The notes under the pieces: generated by a model
The model's input: the letters and a program-made list of their open reading frames with translations, nothing else
Databases searched by the model: none
Told to the model about the DNA's origin: nothing
Program-made: the position numbers and the translations under genes
Assembly: GCA_965261085.1 (NCBI GenBank)
Contig: OZ253442.1
Location: 928,001-992,000 of the forward strand
DNA from: a bacterium
GTDB lineage: Bacteria; UBA8248
Reading direction: 5' to 3'
DNA length: 64,000 bases
Shown: positions 37,581 to 48,154 of the stretch, in pieces
How the letters are laid out: each line of letters begins with the position of its first letter
How positions within the stretch are numbered: position 1 is the stretch's first letter

Positions 37581-39359
37581 ATGTCAGAGGGTCACGAGTT
37601 GAGTAGCGTATCTAAAACGGAGTTGGAGGCCGGGGGTGCGGGAGCGAAACCAGCCGCTTCGGCCTCTGCTCCGGTGGGGCGTTTTTTCAATTCTGAAAAT
37701 ACGCTGAAACTCGGTTCGCTGGGCTTGCTCACCATTCTCGCCATCCTGCCGGTATCCGTGTTTTTGTACAGCGCCTTCGTGACCCACCCCGAAGCCGGTA
37801 AATCCATCTATACGTTTACGAACTTCACCAAGACATTCGCCACTTCCGAGGTGATGGACGCTTCGCTGAACACCTTGATCATTGCGCTGGGAACGTCAAT
37901 TATTTCTTGCTTGACGGGCGTTTCGCTCGCCTGGTTTCATGCGCGCACCGACATGCCTTTCAGAGGACCTTTGGAGGCATTGACCCTGATTCCCTTTTTC
38001 CTGTCTTCTTTTTTGGGAGCCGTCGCCTGGTGGGCGCTGGCCGCTCCGAGGACGGGCATACTGAATCGCTGGATGATCGATCTCTTCGGGTTGTCGGCCC
38101 CGCCGTTCAATATTTATTCGATGACCGGAATCATCATGGTGATGGCGCTTTTTTATACGCCCTACATGTATCTTTTTACGATAGGCTCGCTAAATCGAAT
38201 GGATCCCGCCCTCGAGGAATCCGCGCGGGTTTGCGGAACCGGCGTTTTGCGCACGGCCTTGAGGGTAACGATTCCACTCTCCACACCCGCCATGCTCTCC
38301 GGAGCGATCATTGTTTTTGTGGTGAGCATGGGCGTTTTCGGTGTGCCCAGCCTGCTGGGGCCTATCGCAAGAATATCGACGCTATCGACGATTATTTATA
38401 CGAAGATGGAAGAATATCCCCTGGACATCGGAGGGGCGGCGGCCCTGGGAAGCATCTTGATGGTATTCACCGCTTTGGGGCTCTACTTCCAGAGAAAGAT
38501 TATAGCGCCGAGAAGTTACGTGACCGTTACGGGGAAGGGCTACCGCCCCAGCCGCGTTTCTTTGGGACGCTGGAAATACGTCGCGCTCGCCATCAATTGT
38601 TTCTACGTTCTTTTGGCAGTCATCCTCCCGCTGGGAGCGCTCTTGCTGGCGTCGTTCAACCGCGCCTGGCTGGGCGGATTCCTGTGGAGCCAGCTTTCCA
38701 TCTACAACTGGGCGTATGTGTTGTTTGAATACGAATACGCCATTCAGGCGACAAAGAACAGTCTCATCCTGGGGCTGGTGGGAGGATTCATCACGGTGGT
38801 CCTGTGTACGTTCCTCTCCATGGTGATTCTCAGAGGCAAGAACAAGAAGCTCAGCGGCGCAGTCGATTACCTGAGCACCCTGCCCATCGGCGTGCCGGGC
38901 CTCATCATGGGAATGGCTTTTCTCATCACGTGGATTAAAACGCCACTCTATGGATTTCCCATGCTCTTGCTCATGATGGCGTATATGACGCGCTATCTGC
39001 CCTATGGTCTCAGAACGATATCTTCTGTGCTTCAGTCCCTGAGTTCCGAGCTCGAGGAGAGCGCCAGAATCTGTGGCTCCTCGTTCATTGCGACGATAAA
39101 GAAGATCACGGTGCCGCTCTTGAGGCCGGGCATCTTTGCGGCCTATCTGATGCTTTTCATCATGTTCATCAGGGAGTTGCCGGTGTCCGTGCTCCTGGCG
39201 ACCGAAGACAGCGCTCCGATGGCGGTGGCCCTCTATATCTTGCAGGAAAACGAGGCTTTGGGCGTCGTGGCGGCATTCGCGCTCCTTCAGACTGCTATGC
39301 TCCTGGTGGGGACGATTATTTTCAGAAGACTCGGAAGCATGGAGAAGCTCTCGGTGTAG
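37581..39359 (+). CDS. FbpB-type fused ABC permease
   Basis: Two EESAR.CG EAA loops, 12-TM pattern. Confidence 0.9.
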   Translation: MSEGHELSSVSKTELEAGGAGAKPAASASAPVGRFFNSENTLKLGSLGLLTILAILPVSVFLYSAFVTHPEAGKSIYTFTNFTKTFATSEVMDASLNTLIIALGTSIISCLTGVSLAWFHARTDMPFRGPLEALTLIPFFLSSFLGAVAWWALAAPRTGILNRWMIDLFGLSAPPFNIYSMTGIIMVMALFYTPYMYLFTIGSLNRMDPALEESARVCGTGVLRTALRVTIPLSTPAMLSGAIIVFVVSMGVFGVPSLLGPIARISTLSTIIYTKMEEYPLDIGGAAALGSILMVFTALGLYFQRKIIAPRSYVTVTGKGYRPSRVSLGRWKYVALAINCFYVLLAVILPLGALLLASFNRAWLGGFLWSQLSIYNWAYVLFEYEYAIQATKNSLILGLVGGFITVVLCTFLSMVILRGKNKKLSGAVDYLSTLPIGVPGLIMGMAFLITWIKTPLYGFPMLLLMMAYMTRYLPYGLRTISSVLQSLSSELEESARICGSSFIATIKKITVPLLRPGIFAAYLMLFIMFIRELPVSVLLATEDSAPMAVALYILQENEALGVVAAFALLQTAMLLVGTIIFRRLGSMEKLSV

Positions 39360-39447
39360 ACGAAACGAGCGAGGCATTCGCTCAGAGAGCGTTACTGAGC
39401 ACACAAATTCAGGATTGGCGGGGGAGAAAACACCAGGGGGAGGCCGG

Positions 39448-40350
39448 ATGAAGCTCAAAGGCATTATGGGAGCGCCCACGACGGCGTTCAATCCCGATGG
39501 CGGCGTTGATTACGACACCTTCGAGAGACAAATCAATTTTCTGATTGAACAGGGATTTCCGTTCATCGCCCATCCCATGCACATCGGGGAGTCCTTGAAT
39601 CTGAGTGAACACGAGCGCAAGGAACTGGCGCGGCATCTTGTGAAAGCCGCCGCGGGCCGCGTTCCCGTGTTCGTGAACGTGACCGCTTCGGGACCGGACA
39701 ATTCCATTGATTTAGCGAGGCGCTCTGAGGCGATAGGCGCAACAGGAATCGTCGTGCTCTCGCCCTATCACTGGGCGCCCGAGGAAGAGGCCCATCTGGA
39801 TTATTTCCTGACGTTGGGAAGAAGCACGGATGTCGCGATGATCGCCTACAACAATCCCAGGCTTCAGGTGACCATCTCCCACAACATGCTGGAGGAGATG
39901 GTCGAAAAACTCCCGAACCTCCACGCATTGAAAGACGCCAGCTTCGACATGAACTACTTTACGGGCGCGTGCCGCATAGCGTCCGCCGCGAGAGCGGATT
40001 TTTCCGTATTCACCGGAATTGAATGGCTTCTCACGTCGATACCCGTCGGTGGGTCGGGGTCGTTTTCCAATTGCGGGGAGGTTGCGCCCCGCCTGGTTCT
40101 CTCCCTGTTCGACGCCTGCGTCTCGGGGGATTATGAAAGCGCGCGCGCCCTCCAATATAAAATGGGCGTGCTCTTGAAATTGTTGCAGACGAACTACCCG
40201 GCGACCGTGAAATACGCGATGGAACTCGTGGGCCGACCCGTCGGGGAGACCCGAAAACCCATTCTGCCTCTCGATGCTGACGCCAAGGCCCATACGAGAA
40301 AGACGCTGGAAGCGCTCGGAATTCTGGAGAACGAGCCGCGCGGCTGGTAG
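39448..40350 (+). CDS. DapA/NanA-family aldolase/lyase
   Basis: GES..LS..ER, AYNNP, Schiff-base Lys in LKDAS; non-canonical MHIGE in place of GTTGE. Confidence 0.85.
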   Translation: MKLKGIMGAPTTAFNPDGGVDYDTFERQINFLIEQGFPFIAHPMHIGESLNLSEHERKELARHLVKAAAGRVPVFVNVTASGPDNSIDLARRSEAIGATGIVVLSPYHWAPEEEAHLDYFLTLGRSTDVAMIAYNNPRLQVTISHNMLEEMVEKLPNLHALKDASFDMNYFTGACRIASAARADFSVFTGIEWLLTSIPVGGSGSFSNCGEVAPRLVLSLFDACVSGDYESARALQYKMGVLLKLLQTNYPATVKYAMELVGRPVGETRKPILPLDADAKAHTRKTLEALGILENEPRGW

Positions 40351-40464
40351 GTTTATATATCCTTGTTTTCGCATTATCCAGGCTCTATCTTGCTTCTCCG
40401 CTCTGGGTTTTCTAGGGCGATGCCCTGTGATGATTTTCTTGTATTTTGTTGAAGGAGCCATATT

Positions 40465-42252
40465 ATGACCCGTATGAATGGCGGCCAGATCATCGTCGAT
40501 TATCTCATCCAGGAAGATGTTCCCTATGTATTCGGCCTTTGCGGCCACGGGAACATCAGTTTTCTGGACGCGCTCCATGAGCGCGCCGATGAGATCAAGA
40601 CGCTCTCGGTGCGCCACGAGTCGCTGTGCGGCTTCATGGCCGACGTGTATTACCGGGTGGCGGGCAAGCCGGTGGCGACGTTCACCTCCTGCGGGCCGGG
40701 CTCGGCCAACATGCCGATTTCCCTGGCCAACGCCTTTTTCGATTCGGTTCCGTTTCTGGCCGTGACCGGCAACATTCCCACCAACCAGTTCAACCGGGGG
40801 GCGTTTCAGGAGACTTACCGCCATTACCAGGCGGATTTCCCCTCCACGGTGCAGGCTTATTGTAAGCGGGTGTATCAGCCCACGCGGGCGGAGATGGTGC
40901 CGCAGTTCACGCGCCAGGCGTGGAAGACGATGATGACGGGCAGGCGCGGACCCGTCGTGCTCGACGTGCCTTTCGACATCTTCAAGGAAGAAACCGAGGT
41001 GGAGATGCCGCAAGCCTCAGCCTGGAACGCGAACATTTCCTGCCGCTGCGGGGCGGACCCGGAGGGGGTGAAAAAGGCCGTCGAAATGCTCTCCTCCGCC
41101 GAGCGGCCCGTGATTCTCGTGGGCCAGGGCGTGAAATACTCCGGCGCCGCCGCGAAGATGGTCACGCTCGCCGAAAGGCTGAAAATTCCCGTGGTGTGCT
41201 CATCGAGCGGGATGGGGGCCATCGATGCGAAACACCCTTTGGCTCTGGGACTCATCGCGAGAAACGGAACCTATCCCGCGAACCACGCCGCGCGGCAGGC
41301 CGACGTTCTGCTCGCGCTCGGCGTGCGTTTTGATGATCGCACCTCGAGCAGTTGGCTGCCTGGCTATTCGTTCAACATTCCGCCCACGAAGCTGATTCAC
41401 GTGGATATCGACCCCGAGGAGATCGCGCGCAACTACCCGGTGGCCTTAGGGCTCATGGCGGACGTGGATGTCTTTCTGGAGCAGGTTCAGGACGCGCTCG
41501 GAGCTAGAGAGAGCGTGGAAATTCCAGAGTCCCGGGAGGCGTGGCTTCGCAAGATCGACGGCTGGCGAAACGAATGGGAGGAGTTCACGGCTCCAGGCTA
41601 CCGCGAGGACACCGAACCCATGCACCCCCAGCGGGCGGCCCATGAAATTGACAAGGCCTTGCCCGATGACGCCATTATCGTCAGTGACGTCGGCATCCAC
41701 CACAACTGGCTGATTCAGTATTGCCGTCCCAAGGGGCCGCAATCGCTCATCGGCTCGATGGGCTTCGGCGCGATGGGCTTTGGCGTCGCGGGAGTGCTCG
41801 GAGCCAAGCTGGCCGCACCGGACAGGCCTTGCGTTGCCGTATGCGGAGACGGCGCTTTCGCCATGCATTTGAGCGCCATCACCACGGCGGTGGAATACAA
41901 CATTCCCGCCGTCTGGGTGGTCTGGAACAACTACGCCTTCGCCTCCATCCGGGGGCTTCAGCGCGGTTATCTGGATGGCCGGGAGTTGGCCACCGATTTT
42001 CAGGAACACGCCTCCGCCACGCCCTATAATCCCGATTTCGCGGCCATGGCCGAATCGGCGGGCATCACGGGCGTGCGGGTGAACAAGGCGGCCGATTTGA
42101 GCGAGGCCGTGGACGAGGCGGTGAAGGCCGAGCGTCCCTACGTGATCGACGCGAACATCCAGGGAGAGGGAAATCCCGTGGGCGCGGGCGTCTGGGAATT
42201 GCCCGGCTTGGGGCACGGGGAGCCTGCGATTGGCTCGCGGACTATTTTATAG
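40465..42252 (+). CDS. ThDP-dependent enzyme (acetolactate synthase-like)
   Basis: VRHE, GPG..N, GDGAF...WNN ThDP motif. Confidence 0.9.
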   Translation: MTRMNGGQIIVDYLIQEDVPYVFGLCGHGNISFLDALHERADEIKTLSVRHESLCGFMADVYYRVAGKPVATFTSCGPGSANMPISLANAFFDSVPFLAVTGNIPTNQFNRGAFQETYRHYQADFPSTVQAYCKRVYQPTRAEMVPQFTRQAWKTMMTGRRGPVVLDVPFDIFKEETEVEMPQASAWNANISCRCGADPEGVKKAVEMLSSAERPVILVGQGVKYSGAAAKMVTLAERLKIPVVCSSSGMGAIDAKHPLALGLIARNGTYPANHAARQADVLLALGVRFDDRTSSSWLPGYSFNIPPTKLIHVDIDPEEIARNYPVALGLMADVDVFLEQVQDALGARESVEIPESREAWLRKIDGWRNEWEEFTAPGYREDTEPMHPQRAAHEIDKALPDDAIIVSDVGIHHNWLIQYCRPKGPQSLIGSMGFGAMGFGVAGVLGAKLAAPDRPCVAVCGDGAFAMHLSAITTAVEYNIPAVWVVWNNYAFASIRGLQRGYLDGRELATDFQEHASATPYNPDFAAMAESAGITGVRVNKAADLSEAVDEAVKAERPYVIDANIQGEGNPVGAGVWELPGLGHGEPAIGSRTIL

Positions 42253-42310
42253 AACCGAGATGCGCCGAGGCGCGATGAGGGCGGGCGATGCCCGCGAAAG
42301 GGGAGTGAAG

Positions 42311-42931
42311 ATGAGCGATGATGCGAGGCTGCGCGCGGCGGCGGACAAACTCGAGATGATGGAGGTGTGCATGTTCTCTCACGTCTGCCGGGACGTGGGC
42401 GACTGGGATGGTCTCTTGGATTGTTTTCATCCCGATGCGGACATCACCACCTCGTGGTTCATGGGCAACGCGCATGCGTTCATCACGGAATCGAGGGATA
42501 TGATGCACGGCCATCACGCCGATGACACCCAGAAACACATCGCCGGGAACACGCGCGTCCGTGTGGATGGTGAGCGCGGGGTTTGTGAGTATTACCTCAC
42601 CCTCCATCAGAGGCGGGCGATGGACGGTTATGATTTCGACTTCTCGACCTGGAGCAGCGTGGTGGATTTGTTCGAGCGCAGGGACGGGCGCTGGCGCGTC
42701 ATCAAGCGCACGATGATTTATGAAAAAGACAGGATGGACCCCCACAAACCCGGTGAGGTGCCCGCGTCTTATTTTGAGGCGATGGACCTGACGCCTTATC
42801 CCAAGGCGCTTCGCTACCATTGTTGGCGCAACGAAAAATTCAGCGGCAGCCCGCCGTCTGTGAACCTCGTGATGGAAGGAACCGAAAAGGCGCGTGCGAT
42901 CAGGGAAGAAGCGCGCCGCTGGGTGCCCTGA
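42311..42931 (+). CDS. SnoaL/NTF2-like protein
   Basis: RD..DW..L..CFHPDA, D.FERRDGRW motifs. Confidence 0.8.
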   Translation: MSDDARLRAAADKLEMMEVCMFSHVCRDVGDWDGLLDCFHPDADITTSWFMGNAHAFITESRDMMHGHHADDTQKHIAGNTRVRVDGERGVCEYYLTLHQRRAMDGYDFDFSTWSSVVDLFERRDGRWRVIKRTMIYEKDRMDPHKPGEVPASYFEAMDLTPYPKALRYHCWRNEKFSGSPPSVNLVMEGTEKARAIREEARRWVP

Positions 42932-42944
42932 TCCGCCGGGAAAT

Positions 42945-44099
42945 CTACATCAACTCCAGATAAATCCGCTTCATGTCCTCCGCGTCGGCGGGCACGGGGT
43001 TTGTCGCCACCGTGGTGCTGGCGGCAGCTTCGTGCGCCATGCGTTCCAGGTATTCTTCCTTAGCCCCAATGGCCGCGAGCGATTCAGGAATCCCGATGTC
43101 GTCCGCCAGGGCGCGAACGCGCTCGACCGCGAGTTCCGCATCCTGCGTGTCGTCCGCTCCCTCAGCCGGGTTTGCCAGAAGAGGGGCCAGCCGGGCGTAG
43201 GTCTCCCGCATGGCGGGCAGGTTGAAGCGCATCACGGGAGCCAAGAGTATTCCGTTGGTGGTGCCGTGGTGGCCGCCGAAGAAGTTGAAGACCGGATGCG
43301 TCAGTCCGTGCACGATGCCCAGTCCCGTGTTCGTGAACGAAGCGCCCGCGAGGCATGCGCCCAGCGCCAGGGGGTCGGCGGCGTCGGGGTCTGCGGGGTC
43401 GGCGACGAAGCGCCGCGCATTTTGGCCGATCAGGCCGATGGCCTGGAAACAGAGCGCCTGCGTCCAGGGGGTCGCGCGCGGGGAGCCGAGCGATTCCACC
43501 GCATGGGTCAAGGCGTCCATCAGCGCGCCCGCGGCGAAGAATTTGGGCAGCGTCGCCAGAAAGGAGGAATCCACGACCGCCACGTCCGCGTAGAGCGCGT
43601 CGCTGTGTATGCTCGATTTGGTTCCGCGCTCGATATCCGTGATGATGGAGGCGCGCGTCACCTCGCTGCCCGTGCCCGCCGTGGTCGGAGCCGTGATGAA
43701 GGGCGGAATCGGTTTTTCCACTTTATCCGCGCCGTAGTAATCGCTTATCCTCCCGCCGTTTGCGAGGAGCGCCCCCATCGCCTTGGCGGTGTCGATGGCG
43801 CTGCCCCCGCCCACGGCGATAATTCCGCCGCAATCGTTCGCCTCATAAAACGCCTGGGCGCGCGTGATGCTCGGGTCCGAGGGGTTGGGTTCCACCTCCT
43901 CATACAGGCGGTATTGGACACCCGCCTCATCAAGGCCCTCCGTCACGGAGGTGAGTACGCCTGCTTCAGAAAGCCCGGGGTCTGCAAGCAGCATGGGGCG
44001 TTTCATACCCAGTCTGTTTGCTTCGGCGCCGATGGAGGCGGCCTCGCCTCTGCCGAAGCGCACGCGCGGCACGGCGGACATGCGGAAAGGATCGATCAT
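42945..44099 (-). CDS. Iron-containing alcohol dehydrogenase
   Basis: GGGSAIDTAK, PTTAGTGSE, DALTHAVE, H..H..HG metal ligands. Confidence 0.92.
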   Translation of the reverse strand: MIDPFRMSAVPRVRFGRGEAASIGAEANRLGMKRPMLLADPGLSEAGVLTSVTEGLDEAGVQYRLYEEVEPNPSDPSITRAQAFYEANDCGGIIAVGGGSAIDTAKAMGALLANGGRISDYYGADKVEKPIPPFITAPTTAGTGSEVTRASIITDIERGTKSSIHSDALYADVAVVDSSFLATLPKFFAAGALMDALTHAVESLGSPRATPWTQALCFQAIGLIGQNARRFVADPADPDAADPLALGACLAGASFTNTGLGIVHGLTHPVFNFFGGHHGTTNGILLAPVMRFNLPAMRETYARLAPLLANPAEGADDTQDAELAVERVRALADDIGIPESLAAIGAKEEYLERMAHEAAASTTVATNPVPADAEDMKRIYLELM

Positions 44100-44175
44100 G
44101 GCTGGTTTCTCCTTGTGGAAATTCTCCTGAATACCGGCGCGCGTCCGGAATTTTCATACAACCCGGTTTCGCGGG

Positions 44176-44541
44176 TCATGCCCTCTCCACCTGGTTTGTA
44201 AGCGCTTCTCGCGGCGGCCAGTCTTCGGATCGGTTCTTGAAAGAAAGATATACGAGAACGTCAGCACCTGGGTTTTTGAGTTCGTGCTCCACCCCCAAGG
44301 GTATGTGGACCACCTCGCCCGCGCCCAAGGTTTTCTCCTCCTCCCCGACGCGGAACCAGCCTGTGCCTTCCAATATGTGGATGATTTGCTCGCAGCCGTG
44401 GCTGTGCGGGCGGGTCGCCTTTCCGGGCGGCTGCTCCTGGCGCGTCAGGGTGGTGAACGCGCCCAAGATCATGCTGCCCTCCGAATCCGTGGTCGGAACG
44501 ATGTTGCGCTTTTTCATGTCGTCCCAGCGATGAAAGGGCAT
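44176..44541 (-). CDS. Cupin-domain protein
   Basis: HSH..EQ...ILEG and IP.GVEH motifs. Confidence 0.85.
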   Translation of the reverse strand: MPFHRWDDMKKRNIVPTTDSEGSMILGAFTTLTRQEQPPGKATRPHSHGCEQIIHILEGTGWFRVGEEEKTLGAGEVVHIPLGVEHELKNPGADVLVYLSFKNRSEDWPPREALTNQVERA

Positions 44542-44579
44542 GGTGCGCATCCTTCATTGCGTAGCGGAAGACTATTCCG

Positions 44580-45614
44580 CTAAACGGACTCGGCGATTTT
44601 CGCCTGGAGAAGCTCGTAGTTCGCGCGGCCCATCTCGATTTCGCCGTCGTCAATCATCTGCGCAATCTCGGTCACCGCGTCGTTGAAGGGGGTGGGGATG
44701 CCGAGTTCTCTCGCCCTGCGCGATACGAGGCCGTTGATGTATTCCATCTCGCTCTTGCGGCCCTTGATGTGGTCCTGAATCGGGGCGGTGCGCGAACGGG
44801 GCCCCACGTGGCCGAGCAGCGTCTTCATGGCCGTGACGAGCACCTGATCGTCAGAGCCCGCTAAATCATCCGACGACAAGCCGAACACGGGCTCCACGCC
44901 GTAGCCCAGCGCTTCGCCCACCGCCATCGCCTCTTTACCAAGCCCGACCGAAAGGTCGATTACGTCCGGCAGCTTCTTCGTCTCGGCGTTATTGAGCCCC
45001 AGCAGGCCGAAAGGACCCATCGTCATGCAGTTGGCGATGAGCTTCGTCCACTTGGCGCCTTCGATGTTGGAGCTCAGTTCAGTGACGGCGACGTGAGCGA
45101 AGATGTCGCGCACCTCCTCCGCGCGCGGGGTGATGGAGCCGTCCAGTTCCCCCACGGCGAACCATGTGCCCTTGCGCGGGGTGTTCCGCTGGATGAAGCC
45201 GGGCGTGAAAATCTCCGCCGACAGCTCCACGCAGCAGCCCACCACGCGCTCGCGCCCGATGATGGAGGCTATCATCTCGTTGTTCATGCTGTTCTGCGCC
45301 CCGACGAATATGCCGTCGCTCTTCAAGTAGGGCTTGATGAGTTCGCACATCCAGCGGGTGTCGTAGGATTTGACGATGAGCAATACGATGTCGAAGGTCG
45401 TCCTGAGCGAGGCCAGCTCGCACAGATGGTGCGCGCGCACGGGCGTTTTGAGATCCAGGTCCGGCATCTGGACGTGTAAGCCGTCTTTTTGCATCGCCTC
45501 CACGTGCTCGGGCCATTGGTCGATGACGGTGACGTCGAGACCCGCGTCGGTCAGATCGGCGGACACGCTGCCGCCGATGGCGCCTGCGCCCAGTACGGCG
45601 ATCTTCTTGTTCAT
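44580..45614 (-). CDS. Ketopantoate reductase (ApbA/PanE)-family protein
   Basis: GAGAIG, VKSYD, QN, WTKL..N, QD...GRKSE...ING. Confidence 0.87.
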   Translation of the reverse strand: MNKKIAVLGAGAIGGSVSADLTDAGLDVTVIDQWPEHVEAMQKDGLHVQMPDLDLKTPVRAHHLCELASLRTTFDIVLLIVKSYDTRWMCELIKPYLKSDGIFVGAQNSMNNEMIASIIGRERVVGCCVELSAEIFTPGFIQRNTPRKGTWFAVGELDGSITPRAEEVRDIFAHVAVTELSSNIEGAKWTKLIANCMTMGPFGLLGLNNAETKKLPDVIDLSVGLGKEAMAVGEALGYGVEPVFGLSSDDLAGSDDQVLVTAMKTLLGHVGPRSRTAPIQDHIKGRKSEMEYINGLVSRRARELGIPTPFNDAVTEIAQMIDDGEIEMGRANYELLQAKIAESV

Positions 45615-45685
45615 GTTACACCTTGCCTTTCAGGGCACACGCCCTCAAGAGAATGAGAATGACGAATCAAATATGCGTTTCCTGA

Positions 45686-46861
45686 TTAAAAATAAGCCAT
45701 GGTGCGGACCCGCTGCGCCTGGTTGGTGCCGGCCGAGTGGAGGAAGCTGATGACGTCGCGCAGGTATTTCTCCATCGGCGCGTCCGTCATGTAGCCCGTT
45801 CCGCCCCAGACCTCGAGCGCGCGCGTGGCGATGCGAAAACCGGCTTCTGAAGTGAAGGCCTTGGCCATGTAGCCGAGCTTGGGGTCGTAGTCCTCGCGCA
45901 TCGCCCGCCAGGCGGCGTAGTGGAGCATCCGGCGCGAAGCCTCGTACTCGATGAAGCAATCCGCCAGCATGAAGCCCACGCCCTGGTGCTCGATGATGGG
46001 TTTTCCGCCCTGGATTCTCGTTTTGGCGAATTCGAGCGCGTCCTCATAGGCGGCGCGGGCGGGGCCTAAGTTCGTGGCGGCGGATTCGATGACCGAACCG
46101 CGCGAGAATGGACCCGAACGCGCCGCCACGCCCCCGCCGACCGGCGTGACGCGGTAGTCGTCCGGGATGCGGCAATCCTCGAAGATGAGTTCCGCGTTTT
46201 GGGAGAGTTGCTGGCCCATCTTCTCGTGAATCTTGCCGATGGAAAAGCCTGGCATGTCCGGCGTCACCATGAAGTAGGTGACGCCCTGCGATACGCCGAC
46301 GGTGGAGTCCGTACGGCAGACGAGCACGTAGAGCTTGGCGATGCCCCCGTTGCTGATGTAGTGCTTCTTGCCGTTGATTACCCAGTCCGCCCCGTCGCGC
46401 ACCGCGCTCGTGCGGACGCCGAGTCCGGGGCCTTCTTCGGGGATGAAGTTTTCCGAACCCACTTCGGGTTCCGTCATGCCGACGGCGAGGTGGAAGCTGT
46501 GATCTTCCAGGAATTGAGGCAGGAATTTCTCGCGCTGCGCATCGTTCCAGACGATGTCGAGAAAATGAATCACCTTCCAGGTCTGGTCGAAGGTGACGGC
46601 CACGCCCAAATCGCCCCAGCCGATCTCCTCCCCCACGATGCAAAGCGTCAGTATGTCGGCCCCGCCGCCGCCTCTCTCCTCGGGGATGGAGAGCGTCCTG
46701 AGACCAAGCCTGCTCCCGGTTTCGAGAATATCCCAGGGGAATCTCTCGGCAGGGCTCGTGATGCGCTCGCGCTCGTGGGCGTGGGGCTTCAGTTCGTTTT
46801 TCGCGTAATCGTGCGCCAGTTTTTGCAGTTTTAATTGTTCTTCGGTGAGAGTGAAATCCAT
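45686..46861 (-). CDS. Acyl-CoA dehydrogenase-family protein
   Basis: MTEP..GS, NGKK.YISNG, KMG, R.QGGKPI, GGTGY. Confidence 0.9.
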   Translation of the reverse strand: MDFTLTEEQLKLQKLAHDYAKNELKPHAHERERITSPAERFPWDILETGSRLGLRTLSIPEERGGGGADILTLCIVGEEIGWGDLGVAVTFDQTWKVIHFLDIVWNDAQREKFLPQFLEDHSFHLAVGMTEPEVGSENFIPEEGPGLGVRTSAVRDGADWVINGKKHYISNGGIAKLYVLVCRTDSTVGVSQGVTYFMVTPDMPGFSIGKIHEKMGQQLSQNAELIFEDCRIPDDYRVTPVGGGVAARSGPFSRGSVIESAATNLGPARAAYEDALEFAKTRIQGGKPIIEHQGVGFMLADCFIEYEASRRMLHYAAWRAMREDYDPKLGYMAKAFTSEAGFRIATRALEVWGGTGYMTDAPMEKYLRDVISFLHSAGTNQAQRVRTMAYF

Positions 46862-46891
46862 CGCTCGCCTTTAGGTTAGGAGAAAATTCGC

Positions 46892-47926
46892 TCAGTCCAT
46901 CACGATCGCCGCGCGGCCCGTAATAGCGCCGGCTTCCAGGCGTTCGTGCACTTTCTCGGCTTCTTCGAGCCGGTAGATTTCCGTGACCAGGGGCCAGACT
47001 TCTCTGCGCGCGCAAAGCTCGAGTGATTCGATGAGCTCCTGCTTGGTGAACGAGCGGCTGCCTATGATTTCGAGTTCCCCGTTCAGGAGGCTTCCGGCGG
47101 AGAGGCGAAACGGCTTGGGCGTGAAGCCGCCCAGCGTCACCAGGCGGCCGCCTTTATCGAGGGCTTCGGCCGCGGCTTCGAGCGTGGTGTCCTGTGAGAC
47201 GAAATCGATCGCCACGTCCACGCCTAAACCGCCCGTGAGTTCGAGCAGCGCCTCCGTCACGTTATCCTTTGAGGCGTTGATGGTGGCCTCCGCCCCGAGT
47301 TCTTTGCACTGGGCCAGTTTTTGTTCGGAGACGTCCACGGCGATGACGCGCGCGTTCGCCCAGCGGGCGAGCATGACCATGTGGATCCCCACGCCGCCGC
47401 CCGCCCCGATGACGGCGACGGTCTCCATCGGCTGTATGCGAGCGCGGCGCACCACCTTATAAGGGGTGACGATGGCGTCGCAGATGACGGCCGCCTCGGC
47501 GGGGTAGGCCTTGTAGTCCAGGCCCTCGGGCAGATGGACGTAATTCTGCGCGGGGAGGTTGATGTATTCGGCATAACCGCCGTCTAGGTGCCTGCCCACG
47601 AAGCCGGCCATGTTGTCGCACAGAGGTTCTCTGTTCACCCGGCACCAGCGGCAATGACCGCAGGTGAGATAGCAGTGGAAGGTAACGACGTCGCCCGCCT
47701 TCACGTTCGAGACCCCGGCGCCCGTCTCGACGATCTCGCCCACCACCTCGTGGCCGATGATCATGGGGTAGTCGATATCCACGCGGCCTGCGCGCGCGTG
47801 GTGGATCGTGAGGCCCGAGCCGCAGGCGATGACGCGCGCCACGGCCTCGCCTTCCCCGGGCGTAGGATCGGGTACGTCTTCATATGAAAAGGGTGCTCCT
47901 TTTTCCCTCAACACCATGGCCTTCAT
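46892..47926 (-). CDS. Zinc-dependent alcohol dehydrogenase (MDR)
   Basis: GHE, CGHCRWC...C structural Zn motif, GAGGGVG. Confidence 0.88.
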   Translation of the reverse strand: MKAMVLREKGAPFSYEDVPDPTPGEGEAVARVIACGSGLTIHHARAGRVDIDYPMIIGHEVVGEIVETGAGVSNVKAGDVVTFHCYLTCGHCRWCRVNREPLCDNMAGFVGRHLDGGYAEYINLPAQNYVHLPEGLDYKAYPAEAAVICDAIVTPYKVVRRARIQPMETVAVIGAGGGVGIHMVMLARWANARVIAVDVSEQKLAQCKELGAEATINASKDNVTEALLELTGGLGVDVAIDFVSQDTTLEAAAEALDKGGRLVTLGGFTPKPFRLSAGSLLNGELEIIGSRSFTKQELIESLELCARREVWPLVTEIYRLEEAEKVHERLEAGAITGRAAIVMD

Positions 47927-48154
47927 GCGAACCTCCTCCCGGGAATATCTCCGCGCGCGATGCGAATACGCGAACATGCGTGATTGATGGCGGATAATAT
48001 ATCGGGATTGCCGGAAAATGACTATAGCGAAAGAGCCGGAATGACGGGCGAATAGAAACAGGTGGAAACTCGCTATATACTTCCTGCAATGTTCGCCGCC
48101 TTGTCGGCATTGCGTGAATGCCTGGGTTCGTTCGGCTCTTGGAAAGGGGCGGAA

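Noticed and set aside
39448-40350. dapA for lysine biosynthesis (also 51794-52762); panE at 44580 and ilvB at 40465
   Set aside because: Non-canonical active-site motifs or catabolic context; only family-level calls are supportable
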